Positions 55,672 through 63,549 of a stretch of DNA of 64,000 nt are shown piece after piece. Both the position numbers and the translations under genes were made by a program. Origin of the DNA: a virus (lineage: Duplodnaviria; Caudoviricetes); IMG/VR virus record IMGVR_UViG_3300021978_000001, positions 320,001-384,000 of that record. One strand, 5' to 3'. The notes beneath the pieces are model-generated. The model saw only the letters and a list, made by a program, of their open reading frames with translations. It ran no database searches and was not told the DNA's origin. How positions within the stretch are numbered: the first letter of the stretch is position 1; every line of letters begins with the position of its first letter.

Positions 55672-56294
55672 GCGTATCTAATGCCTTGTGCAAGTGGGGG
55701 AATCTCGTGGCCTTTTTGGAGGGAATCGAGGCGCAGCTCTCCCCGTGGTGGCGCTTCGATTACAACAGCGCCGAAAAGCAGGATAACATCACGACCGCGA
55801 CGATCGTCCACACGATCCTACCCTTGAAAGCGCGCTTCAAGTACACGACCAGCCTTTACACCCCATTGCGTAGCAAGAGGGCCTACCTCAATGACACGTA
55901 TATGGCTTCTCTGGGGGTTCTCAAGGCGGTCGGGGAGGTCATGGCGCAGGCGCATTGGTCTGTGATGTATCTCTGGCCTGATGCCGATCTGAGGATGCGT
56001 TCGCTCGCGCACAGTTACGCTGCCAAGTCCTTCCAGGCTTGGCATCCTGATGGTGAGAACCCCGAGAACCGCCACGAGGTCTTTGATATGCTGGGTCAGC
56101 GTCTCATCACGATCCTCGCGCAAATGCAGAAAGACAACGCGGTTTACCCCATCACGCTTCACACATGGGAAGTACCCCCCGAGGGGTTCCCTGATTTCCT
56201 GAAGTCCGGTGCATCTTTACAGGAACGCCTGGACTGGCACCCCTATCACACGCTCCAGTTGCAACCCGTGCCCTGGGGCTTCTCTTACCAGTAG
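55668..56294 (+). CDS. Hypothetical protein; variant tag (MSVSNAL)
   Basis: GGAGG RBS, ATGA overlap. Confidence 0.75.
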   Translation: MSVSNALCKWGNLVAFLEGIEAQLSPWWRFDYNSAEKQDNITTATIVHTILPLKARFKYTTSLYTPLRSKRAYLNDTYMASLGVLKAVGEVMAQAHWSVMYLWPDADLRMRSLAHSYAAKSFQAWHPDGENPENRHEVFDMLGQRLITILAQMQKDNAVYPITLHTWEVPPEGFPDFLKSGASLQERLDWHPYHTLQLQPVPWGFSYQ

Positions 56295-56302
56295 AGTCGC
56301 GC

Positions 56303-56602
56303 ATGCAAGACCTCGATCTTATCACGGATACCCCGATCACACCTGGCAACCGATACGTGTACCTGCGTAACCTGCTCTCGCTCGGGGTGCGCCACCCAAC
56401 CCGAGCATGGACTTATCTGTCGCTCAAGCGTCGGAGTGGTTTCACATCCCCCGAGAGCTTCTGGCGCCTCTTGTGCACCAAGATGGGCAGCAATGACGTC
56501 TTGCTTGACGCGATGGAAGCTGTAGATTACAGGGACCCGGAGGCGGTGATGGCACAGATCACAGATGTCCACGCAGCCTCGACCACGCCCTGGCTTACTT
56601 GA
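56303..56602 (+). CDS. Small hypothetical protein
   Basis: Fills the gap before thyA. Confidence 0.6.
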   Translation: MQDLDLITDTPITPGNRYVYLRNLLSLGVRHPTRAWTYLSLKRRSGFTSPESFWRLLCTKMGSNDVLLDAMEAVDYRDPEAVMAQITDVHAASTTPWLT

Positions 56603-56630
56603 ATTGGCTTACTTGAATTGGCTTACTTGA
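56591..56630 (+). repeat. 14-nt tandem repeat x2.9 across a stop codon
   Basis: tggcttacttgaat x2 plus tggcttacttga. Confidence 0.9.
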
Positions 56631-56655
56631 CCACGTTTACTTGAAGGATACCCCC

Positions 56656-57618
56656 ATGCAAGCCTACCTCGACCTCGTACAACATGTCCTCGATCACGGA
56701 GAGCGTAAGATCAACCGCACAGGTGTGGATACACTCTCTTGTTTTAGTCAGCACTACACCGTGGACATCTCCGAGAGCTTCCCGCTCTTGACCACCAAGG
56801 ATATGTCTGGAGGGGTGTGGAACTCCCTGATCTATGAACTGCTCTGGTACCTGAGCGGTGAGCACCACATCCGCGAGTTCGAGAAGCACTCCAAGATCTG
56901 GTCTTCCTGGGCAGATGAGAACCGAAACCTCCAGACCGCTTACGGGCGCTTCTGGCGCCGCTTCCCTTTGCCTGAGTTGTCGGACCGCTTGCCTGGAGAG
57001 GCGTGGCCTGATTACAACGCCATGCAGAAGTATGTCCGCGAGGAAGAGCGCGCCGATTTGCGCTTCACGCTGAATTTCGATCAGATCGCGTACATCTGTG
57101 ACCTGCTCTTGAATCAACCCGAGTCCAGGCGCATGATCTTGAGCGCGTGGCATCCGGCAAACGCAGCGGTCTCTCTCTTGCCGCCCTGTCATGCGTTCGT
57201 GGTGTTCAATGTCACAGGGCTCGACGAAGAGACGGGCAAGGGCAAGCTCAACTGCCACCTCACGCAGCGGTCAGGGGACATCGGGCTCGGTATCCCGTTC
57301 AACATCGCGAGCTACTCTGCTTTGACCTACATCCTCGCTCGTGCGACCGGGCATGCGCCTGGCAGTTTCTCACACACCATCGTCGATGCACACATCTACT
57401 GTGGTGAGAACGAGGATGACCCCTTCTCTCACGTCAAGCCCTTGCGCGAGCAGCTTACACGCGAACCGCGTGCTCTCCCGACGCTCCAGTTGCACGGAGC
57501 CCCCAAAGAGTTGACGCTTGAGGGTGCATTGGCATACATCGACGGATTAACCTTTGACAGCTTCAAACTGATGGGGTATGATCCTCATCCAAGGCTGCGT
57601 ATGAAGGTGGCCGTGTAA
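56656..57618 (+). CDS. thyA: Thymidylate synthase (ThyA type)
   Basis: RTGVDT, FPLLTTK, ELLWYLSG, RRMILSAW, LPPCH (catalytic Cys), QRSGDIGLGIPFNIASY, DAHIY. Confidence 0.97.
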   Translation: MQAYLDLVQHVLDHGERKINRTGVDTLSCFSQHYTVDISESFPLLTTKDMSGGVWNSLIYELLWYLSGEHHIREFEKHSKIWSSWADENRNLQTAYGRFWRRFPLPELSDRLPGEAWPDYNAMQKYVREEERADLRFTLNFDQIAYICDLLLNQPESRRMILSAWHPANAAVSLLPPCHAFVVFNVTGLDEETGKGKLNCHLTQRSGDIGLGIPFNIASYSALTYILARATGHAPGSFSHTIVDAHIYCGENEDDPFSHVKPLREQLTREPRALPTLQLHGAPKELTLEGALAYIDGLTFDSFKLMGYDPHPRLRMKVAV

Positions 57619-57643
57619 CACCACATTGAAGAAGAGTGTGTAA

Positions 57644-58150
57644 ATGGCAGATGAATCGCAGACCCCCGAAGAGACCCTCGAAGAGATCGCAGAGCGCGAA
57701 GGTGTCGTGCTCGGTGCCTGGGGCTATCGTTTGATGCGTCACATGGCGATGGATTACGGCGAGCTTGATGCTTTCTACGGGGTCGTCGAGGTGTACTACC
57801 GCAAGGACCGCTCGATTTACATGTGGGAGGAGCCTGCGGACACGCGCCACCTGCGCTTCCTGAAATCCCCTGAAGAACTCCAGAAGACCCTGGATCGCAT
57901 GCGCGCTGCATACCTCTTGCCCCCCTTGATGTTGGTCGATGACGAGACGGAAGGGAAGGAAGGTGAGAAGATTGCCGTGGAGGTCCCCCCCGAACTGCTC
58001 GCCAAGGACGCCACGCCCTGGTATGAGGCGCGCTACGCAGGTATGACTACCGAAGAGGTGGAGGCGGCCCTCGACGCGGAAGACGCGCGCATGGATGAGG
58101 AAGACGCGCGCCTCGATGCAGAGGACGCAGAAGGCTCGGAGGAAGAATGA
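57644..58150 (+). CDS. Acidic protein, paralogue of 58147-58527
   Basis: W.YR...Y...EVY(Y/F)....W.....PE.L....MR....PPLM. Confidence 0.8.
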   Translation: MADESQTPEETLEEIAEREGVVLGAWGYRLMRHMAMDYGELDAFYGVVEVYYRKDRSIYMWEEPADTRHLRFLKSPEELQKTLDRMRAAYLLPPLMLVDDETEGKEGEKIAVEVPPELLAKDATPWYEARYAGMTTEEVEAALDAEDARMDEEDARLDAEDAEGSEEE

Positions 58151-58527
58151 GAGAGAACCCCGAGGATAAAATCTGGATGGACTACCGCATTGTTCGGTAC
58201 ATCCATGAGATCCCCATCGAAGGGTACCCCGATCAGGTGTTCTACCAGCTCTGCGAGGTCTACTTTCGTAACGGCATCCCGGTTTCCTGGTTGAACGATA
58301 AGAACCCTGTGATCTTTGCGGAGACCCCCGAAATCCTCGTGCAATGTGTCGAGGATATGCGAGAGGGTGCCAAGCATCCCCCCTTGATGTGGGATGATGC
58401 ACAACGCAGGTTGATCGAGGTGCCCAAAGAGGTGATCGAAGCTGATCGCGCGGCTGATGTGGCGCGGACCGAGGAAGCCTGGACCCGTTGGAAAGAAGCG
58501 AACAGTGGTCAATCCGAAGAGGAATGA
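58147..58527 (+). CDS. Acidic protein, paralogue of 57644-58150
   Basis: ATGA overlap; same motif set. Confidence 0.8.
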   Translation: MRENPEDKIWMDYRIVRYIHEIPIEGYPDQVFYQLCEVYFRNGIPVSWLNDKNPVIFAETPEILVQCVEDMREGAKHPPLMWDDAQRRLIEVPKEVIEADRAADVARTEEAWTRWKEANSGQSEEE

Positions 58528-58567
58528 CACTCATACTCTGACACGCTCGAAGAAAAAAGGAAGTCTC

Positions 58568-59185
58568 ATGAACATGTACGGCACACATCACAAGCTCATC
58601 CACATCGTCGCGATGGACAGCGCGGGCGTGATCGGGGTCAATGGTAACATCCCCTTTCGCTTGAAGGGAGATCTCGCGCGCTTCAAGACGCTGACGCTCA
58701 ATACCCCTGTGATCATGGGACGCAAGACCTACGAGAGCCTCCCCACGCCGGGCCTCAAACACCGCATCAACATCATCCTCACGAGGCAAAGCGAGATCGA
58801 GATTCCTACGGGTGACGGCCAGGGAGGGAGCGCTCTCTTGCATGTTGGGCCAGGTCAGGTCGCGACGAACCATGATGAGACCACCGAGCGCTACTACGTG
58901 GCGACGATGGAAGACGCGCTCTCGCTCGTACCGAGGGCGCATGATGTCTACATCATCGGCGGCGGGGAGATTTACAACATGACCCTCGACGCGGTGCATG
59001 AGGTGCGCGCGACCTTCGCCATGAAGTCCGTCGAGACGAAGGACACCGATGAGGTCGTGCGCTATCCGATTCGTCGCCTCGATGATGGGTTCGTCAAGGG
59101 CTACGAGCATGCTGTATACGGGGATGACGGCAGCCCAACGCACGTCTACCAGGATTGGACGAGGTTTCGAGGAGACATGCGATGA
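58568..59185 (+). CDS. folA: Dihydrofolate reductase
   Basis: IVAM...GVIG..G.IPF.L.GDL.RFK.LT, VIMGRKTYESL, R.NIILTR, YIIGGGEIY. Confidence 0.95.
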   Translation: MNMYGTHHKLIHIVAMDSAGVIGVNGNIPFRLKGDLARFKTLTLNTPVIMGRKTYESLPTPGLKHRINIILTRQSEIEIPTGDGQGGSALLHVGPGQVATNHDETTERYYVATMEDALSLVPRAHDVYIIGGGEIYNMTLDAVHEVRATFAMKSVETKDTDEVVRYPIRRLDDGFVKGYEHAVYGDDGSPTHVYQDWTRFRGDMR

Positions 59186-60018
59186 GCTTTCGTGTCTTAT
59201 TTCGAGTAGACCGTGATAACGAGGACGAGTATCGCGCGGCGGTCAAGGTCCTCGGGGGCTCTTGCGTGACGATGTTCCGTACCTCGATCAACGAGGGGGA
59301 TGTTGTGATGGGGCGTTATAGCGTCTTGCCCTGGTTCAAGGATCTGGAAAACGAACTCCAGTACAATGGCGCGAGTCTTATTAACAGCTACACGGATCAC
59401 TGCTACATCGCAGAGATGCAATGGTACGAGGACATCCGACACCTCACACCCGCGACCCATACCAACATGGGGTGGGCAAACGTGCCGGACGCGCCGCACG
59501 GGTGGGTCGTCAAGGGGGCCACGAACTCGCGCAAGCAGAAGTGGTCTACGCACATGCGCGCGCCAACACGAGAGAAACTCAAGGATGTGATGGGCCTGCT
59601 CTACGATGACCCGCTGCTCGGTGAGCAAGGTCTGGTCATTCGCGAGTACGTTCCGCTTCGCACCTACGAGATCGGCGTGCGCGGGATGCCCATGACCAAT
59701 GAGTGGCGTTGCTTCTTTGACGGCACAGACCTCCTGGGAGCAGGCTACTACTGGTCGCAAGCTGAACACGCTGACCAGCGTGGTGCTATCCCCGAGGAAG
59801 CGCTCGCCGTGGCACAGGAAGCGGCCAACATCCTGGCAGAGCATGTTCGTTTCTTTGTGGTAGATGTGGGCGAGGTGGTCAAAGCGCCTTATGGTCAGCC
59901 TGGACATGAGGAGCACGATTACTGGACGGTGATCGAAGTGAACTCGGGCCAGATGGCCGGGTTGTCGATGATCGACCCACACGACTTCTACACACGAATC
60001 AAGGAGAACTTTACATGA
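59182..60018 (+). CDS. ATP-grasp fold protein (R2K/DUF4343-like)
   Basis: WVVKG, VIREYV, NEWRCFF...GYYW, FFVVDV, W.VIEVNSGQMAGLS; ATGA-coupled to folA. Confidence 0.7.
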   Translation: MSFRVLFRVDRDNEDEYRAAVKVLGGSCVTMFRTSINEGDVVMGRYSVLPWFKDLENELQYNGASLINSYTDHCYIAEMQWYEDIRHLTPATHTNMGWANVPDAPHGWVVKGATNSRKQKWSTHMRAPTREKLKDVMGLLYDDPLLGEQGLVIREYVPLRTYEIGVRGMPMTNEWRCFFDGTDLLGAGYYWSQAEHADQRGAIPEEALAVAQEAANILAEHVRFFVVDVGEVVKAPYGQPGHEEHDYWTVIEVNSGQMAGLSMIDPHDFYTRIKENFT

Positions 60019-60359
60019 GCGAAGATACTCGACATGACGCTGAAAAAGAGCCAGAACAAGAGGGCTCGGAGGATGGCTCGACCGAGACCCTGAGTTGGCC
60101 ACGCGCTAGAAAGGAGTTGGACCGCCTGATCGGGTGGGTCGTATATCTTCTGGGGTTGACTTTCGTGCTCATGATGCTCGGGTTCATGTTCGAGGGTTGC
60201 ACGATAACCACTTCGACACATGAGTACAGCGTGGGTATCCTTGGTAAGGGCGGTCCTCACATGACTGCCCGCCCCTTGAGTGAGACCTTGAGTGAGAAGA
60301 GCGAGAAGCAGGACGCAAAGCAAGAAGGCTCGAAGCAAGAAGCGAAAACAACCCCTTGA
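60015..60359 (+). CDS. Membrane protein
   Basis: TM LIGWVVYLLGLTFVLMMLGFMF. Confidence 0.7.
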   Translation: MSEDTRHDAEKEPEQEGSEDGSTETLSWPRARKELDRLIGWVVYLLGLTFVLMMLGFMFEGCTITTSTHEYSVGILGKGGPHMTARPLSETLSEKSEKQDAKQEGSKQEAKTTP

Positions 60360-60400
60360 ACGCAGCAGATCAAGGGTAACACAAGAGAAAGGAGAACATC

Positions 60401-60769
60401 ATGGGTGAACATCAAAGTGTATCGGTAAGTGGTGGGGGGTGCTTCGGTTGCCTGGGAACCATCGCCTTTTTTATGGTCGTGTGGGCCTTGATCTTCGGTG
60501 TAACGATCGGGGGTGTGCATCACTCACTCTCGTGCAGCAAGGACAAGGGCGTGGCGATCCGACAGGAGGTGGAGGAGAACGCGAAAGCGCCAACGCAATC
60601 CGACATGTCCCCCAATGCAACCGACTTCGAGTCAAGCGGACCTGGTGACATCGCGCCGGGGGATACGGTGATCTATGAGAAGGCCCCCGCGCGCTACGAG
60701 CATGTGCCCGAGACGAGCAGTGAGTCCATGACACCTGTCGCATCTCCAGGTGTCCTTGTGACGCCTTGA
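60401..60769 (+). CDS. Membrane protein
   Basis: AAGGAG RBS; GGGCFGCLGTIAFFMVVWALIFGV. Confidence 0.75.
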   Translation: MGEHQSVSVSGGGCFGCLGTIAFFMVVWALIFGVTIGGVHHSLSCSKDKGVAIRQEVEENAKAPTQSDMSPNATDFESSGPGDIAPGDTVIYEKAPARYEHVPETSSESMTPVASPGVLVTP

Positions 60770-60820
60770 GCCTTATGAGGTTCTCGGATCACATGACTAC
60801 ACGAGACGAAGGAACCACAC

Positions 60821-61552
60821 ATGAGCCTCGAAGACGAAATCCATGAGGTGCTTCGGCGCAGGAAGAGCCTCGCAGACTTTATCACCGCGAAGGTAGGGCA
60901 CCAGGAATGGGAAGCTCGGTTGTTGGGCATCTTCAATCGGCATGATCGCTATTCCACGTCTAGCAAAGCGACCAAGAGACGCGAGGAGTATGTGCGCACG
61001 CTCGCAGACGAGATCCGCCGCGTGACAGCGGACACGATCTCTTATGCGGAGGTGCGCTCAGTGTTGCAAGGGCACCCCCAGACGCGCACGGGCTTCAAGA
61101 CTGTGCTCTATCACTTGCGTGATCTGGACAAGAAGTACAAGCAGGGCTCGCATGATCCGCCTATCGAGGTCGTGTGGCATTGCATCACGCGGGAACTTTC
61201 GCGGTGGGAAGAGAAGGCGAGGTGGGTGGACATCGTGGTTCCTGACCCCCTGTTGAAGATAGGTCTCGGTGGTGTGCTGCGTACCAAGTACATGGCGGAG
61301 TGTTTCGAGGCGGGGAAGCTGCAACACTTCACACGGTTGGAGATCGAGCGTCCTGGCTTTCGACGCTTGCAACTCTACAAGAAGAGCATCCCGGAGCACC
61401 CCAACATCACTCGACTCGTGATCGAGGGGAAGCCTTCTCGATTAGACGCGGAGATGTACCTTCGGGATACCTTCCAGGAGATTTGCCCGAACGCAGAAGT
61501 GTCCTTCAAGAAGCCTTCCCTGTACAAGAGTTACACGAAGTGGAACCGCTAA
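60821..61552 (+). CDS. Hypothetical basic protein
   Basis: AAGGA RBS. Confidence 0.75.
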   Translation: MSLEDEIHEVLRRRKSLADFITAKVGHQEWEARLLGIFNRHDRYSTSSKATKRREEYVRTLADEIRRVTADTISYAEVRSVLQGHPQTRTGFKTVLYHLRDLDKKYKQGSHDPPIEVVWHCITRELSRWEEKARWVDIVVPDPLLKIGLGGVLRTKYMAECFEAGKLQHFTRLEIERPGFRRLQLYKKSIPEHPNITRLVIEGKPSRLDAEMYLRDTFQEICPNAEVSFKKPSLYKSYTKWNR

Positions 61553-61563
61553 GAGAGAGCCAC

Positions 61564-61800
61564 ATGACCTTGCCTGAACCTCTTACTCGTGACCATGTGA
61601 CGCTTTGCTTCGCGATAAGCGCGTGGAAGGTGTCAGATGCGACGTGCCGTGAGCGCTTGAGCGTGGAAGAGCAGGAGCATTTGAACACCCTGTACAGGCA
61701 TTGCTATGTACATGTCCGGGATGAGAACGTCGTGGTCTTGACGCACAAGGGAAAGGACCTCTTGTTGAAAGCCTCTGATATGATGTCTGCACATCGCTGA
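61564..61800 (+). CDS. Small hypothetical protein
   Basis: AGAGAG RBS before ATG at 61564. Confidence 0.6.
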   Translation: MTLPEPLTRDHVTLCFAISAWKVSDATCRERLSVEEQEHLNTLYRHCYVHVRDENVVVLTHKGKDLLLKASDMMSAHR

Positions 61801-61823
61801 TAACCAGAACAAGAGAGGAAGAG

Positions 61824-62279
61824 ATGGGAACACGCGCAGATTTTTACGTGGGCAAGGGGAAGGACGCCGAATGGCTCGGGTCCATTGCCTATGATGGGTA
61901 CCCGGACGGGAACACCGCTGAACATGATGTGAACATCGCGAGCACCGAAGAGGAGTACCGTGAGCGCGTTCTCGCGATGATCGAAGCGCTGGATCACGGC
62001 ACCAAGCCCGAGCAAGGCTGGCCATGGCCCTGGGAGGATAGTTCGACCTCGGATTATGCTTACACCTGGTGTAGCGAGAACGAACGCGTCGAGGTCACGG
62101 ATTCAGCTTTCCCCTGGTGGCCCGCGCAGGATCTCCATGATCACGGGGGCGGGGAGTATGAATACGGCAAAGCCTACAAGGAAGGGTTGGTGGTCTTTCC
62201 CGACATGACCGAGCGCAAGAACGTGACATTGGGACGGCGGTCAGGAATGCTGGTCTTCGGCTTCCAACCCCCGGAGTAG
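61824..62279 (+). CDS. Hypothetical protein of a type seen in phages
   Basis: MGTRADFYVG...EWLGS...DGYP; WPWPWEDS.TSDYAY. Confidence 0.8.
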   Translation: MGTRADFYVGKGKDAEWLGSIAYDGYPDGNTAEHDVNIASTEEEYRERVLAMIEALDHGTKPEQGWPWPWEDSSTSDYAYTWCSENERVEVTDSAFPWWPAQDLHDHGGGEYEYGKAYKEGLVVFPDMTERKNVTLGRRSGMLVFGFQPPE

Positions 62280-62522
62280 GCGCGGGTCGTGCTCGGTTTC
62301 CTGTTGCCAGGTCATACATGCGTCACGTAACGGTGCCCATGCAGGCAGCTTTTCCCGAACTACAAAAGAGGCGCGCAGGCATCCTATTTTGAGCCTCCAT
62401 TTTTCGGGCTGTTCGGATACGTCGAGCAAAATCTGATTCATGCGTGCCCAGTCTCGTGCTTGACCAGCGCGGTGAATCTGCCCGAACCAGTGCTCCATTT
62501 CCTCTCGGAACGAGTGCTCCAT
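62241..62522 (-). CDS. Small hypothetical protein
   Basis: AAGGAGG RBS; duplicated MEH.F start (24-nt period); overlaps the convergent 61824-62279 by 39 nt. Confidence 0.7.
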   Translation of the reverse strand: MEHSFREEMEHWFGQIHRAGQARDWARMNQILLDVSEQPEKWRLKIGCLRASFVVREKLPAWAPLRDACMTWQQETEHDPRLLRGLEAEDQHS

Positions 62523-62558
62523 TTCAACCTCCTTCGTTTACAGGTAGAACGCTCTCCA

Positions 62559-62599
62559 ATCAAAGAAGCCCCTGGGAATGACCCAGGGGCTTCTTTGAT
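62559..62599 (-). terminator. Terminator hairpin after 62628-63407
   Basis: Perfect 18-bp stem atcaaagaagcccctggg/cccaggggcttctttgat, 5-nt loop. Confidence 0.75.
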
Positions 62600-62627
62600 C
62601 CATCATATAGCAACACAACATATCACG

Positions 62628-63407
62628 TCAAGGGTTGGTCGGCACGTAGCAGATCCAGATGTCGTATGCATCTTCGAGGCGGTAGCAAGCGACGCCATCA
62701 CGCGCGAGGCCCTGTGCATCGAACGGAGGCATGGCGGTGATGATCGCGGGGCGTCCCCAACGCGTGTGCGTGGCATCGTAGCTTTTGATCACAGCACGGC
62801 TCAGGAGGGTGGTGTTGTTCCCGGACTTCAGGCGCTTCATGAAGTCACCATAGGTGGCATCGAAGTCCTGGAGGTAGCCCTTGGGGTTAGCTGGGAACCA
62901 GCTCTTTCCGCCCTTCTGCTTGCCTTCCTCGGGGAAGTCCCCCGCGAACTGATCACTCTGTTCTTTCCAGCGCTCAATCTTGTTGGGCTGCGCGACCATC
63001 AAGTCTTTCCAATCACGCACCAAGGGACGAGAGGCTTGCTTCTCGGTTCCTGCTTCAACGGCCCCCTCAGAAGCATCTTCAGAGACGAAGGCATACTTCT
63101 CGATCAGGGGCATGAGCACCGAACGGTGTTCAGGCTGCTCGAACGCGATGCGGATGAGTTGATCACGAATATCTTGTGCGGCTTTTCGGTATTTCATGTC
63201 GCTGTGGCTGTAGAAGCTGGGGTCATCGGTGGTCTTACCCTTGAGCGCTCCCTCATCGACAAGCTCATCGAAGGCTTCATACATCGCGAGGTCGTCGGGA
63301 TCACTCTTGTCCATGTACACGTCTTGCATGCTGAATTGCTTGCCACCAGGGGCAAACTTATCCATGATCAGGCTCTTGATGCGTTCGATGTCACGGCGCG
63401 TGGGCAT
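62628..63407 (-). CDS. Hypothetical protein with an LIRIAF..PE.R..LMPLIE motif
   Basis: IRDQLIRIAFEQPEHRSVLMPLIE; start 63407 after GAGAG (the frame is open to 63506). Confidence 0.8.
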   Translation of the reverse strand: MPTRRDIERIKSLIMDKFAPGGKQFSMQDVYMDKSDPDDLAMYEAFDELVDEGALKGKTTDDPSFYSHSDMKYRKAAQDIRDQLIRIAFEQPEHRSVLMPLIEKYAFVSEDASEGAVEAGTEKQASRPLVRDWKDLMVAQPNKIERWKEQSDQFAGDFPEEGKQKGGKSWFPANPKGYLQDFDATYGDFMKRLKSGNNTTLLSRAVIKSYDATHTRWGRPAIITAMPPFDAQGLARDGVACYRLEDAYDIWICYVPTNP

Positions 63408-63549
63408 GTTTGTCTCTCGAAGGGCGAGCAAGGAGGCTTGACGCCTTGCTTGTTCTGTGTTATCATCCAGAGTCTTGCATACAGCAGTCTCGGTGTGAAT
63501 CATCATGCTGTGATTACAAACACAATACCAACGTAAAGAGGACCCCTAC

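Noticed and set aside
26537-56294. Group B proteins as AcrIII-1 (DUF1874) or Csx20 homologues because of L.NAF/LIN starts
   Set aside because: Similarity stops after about 6 residues; lengths and downstream motifs do not match those families.
56656-57618. ThyA homologue as a dCMP hydroxymethylase for base modification
   Set aside because: It keeps the Asn of PFN that selects dUMP, has all canonical ThyA motifs, and sits near a DHFR.
57563-59143. Long antisense ORFs (57563-59143, 62460-63536, 40699-41784, 33049-34185 and similar)
   Set aside because: They are shadows of well-supported genes on the other strand in high-GC DNA, with no RBS or recognisable motifs.
62604-62631. Minus-strand promoter TTGACG-N16-TATATG
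   Set aside because: The spacer is 16 nt, the GG before TA is missing, and it would fire straight into the 18-bp terminator; possible but unsupported.
63510-63537. Minus-strand TTTACG box as promoter of 62628-63407
   Set aside because: No TA-starting -10 box at 17-18 nt spacing.
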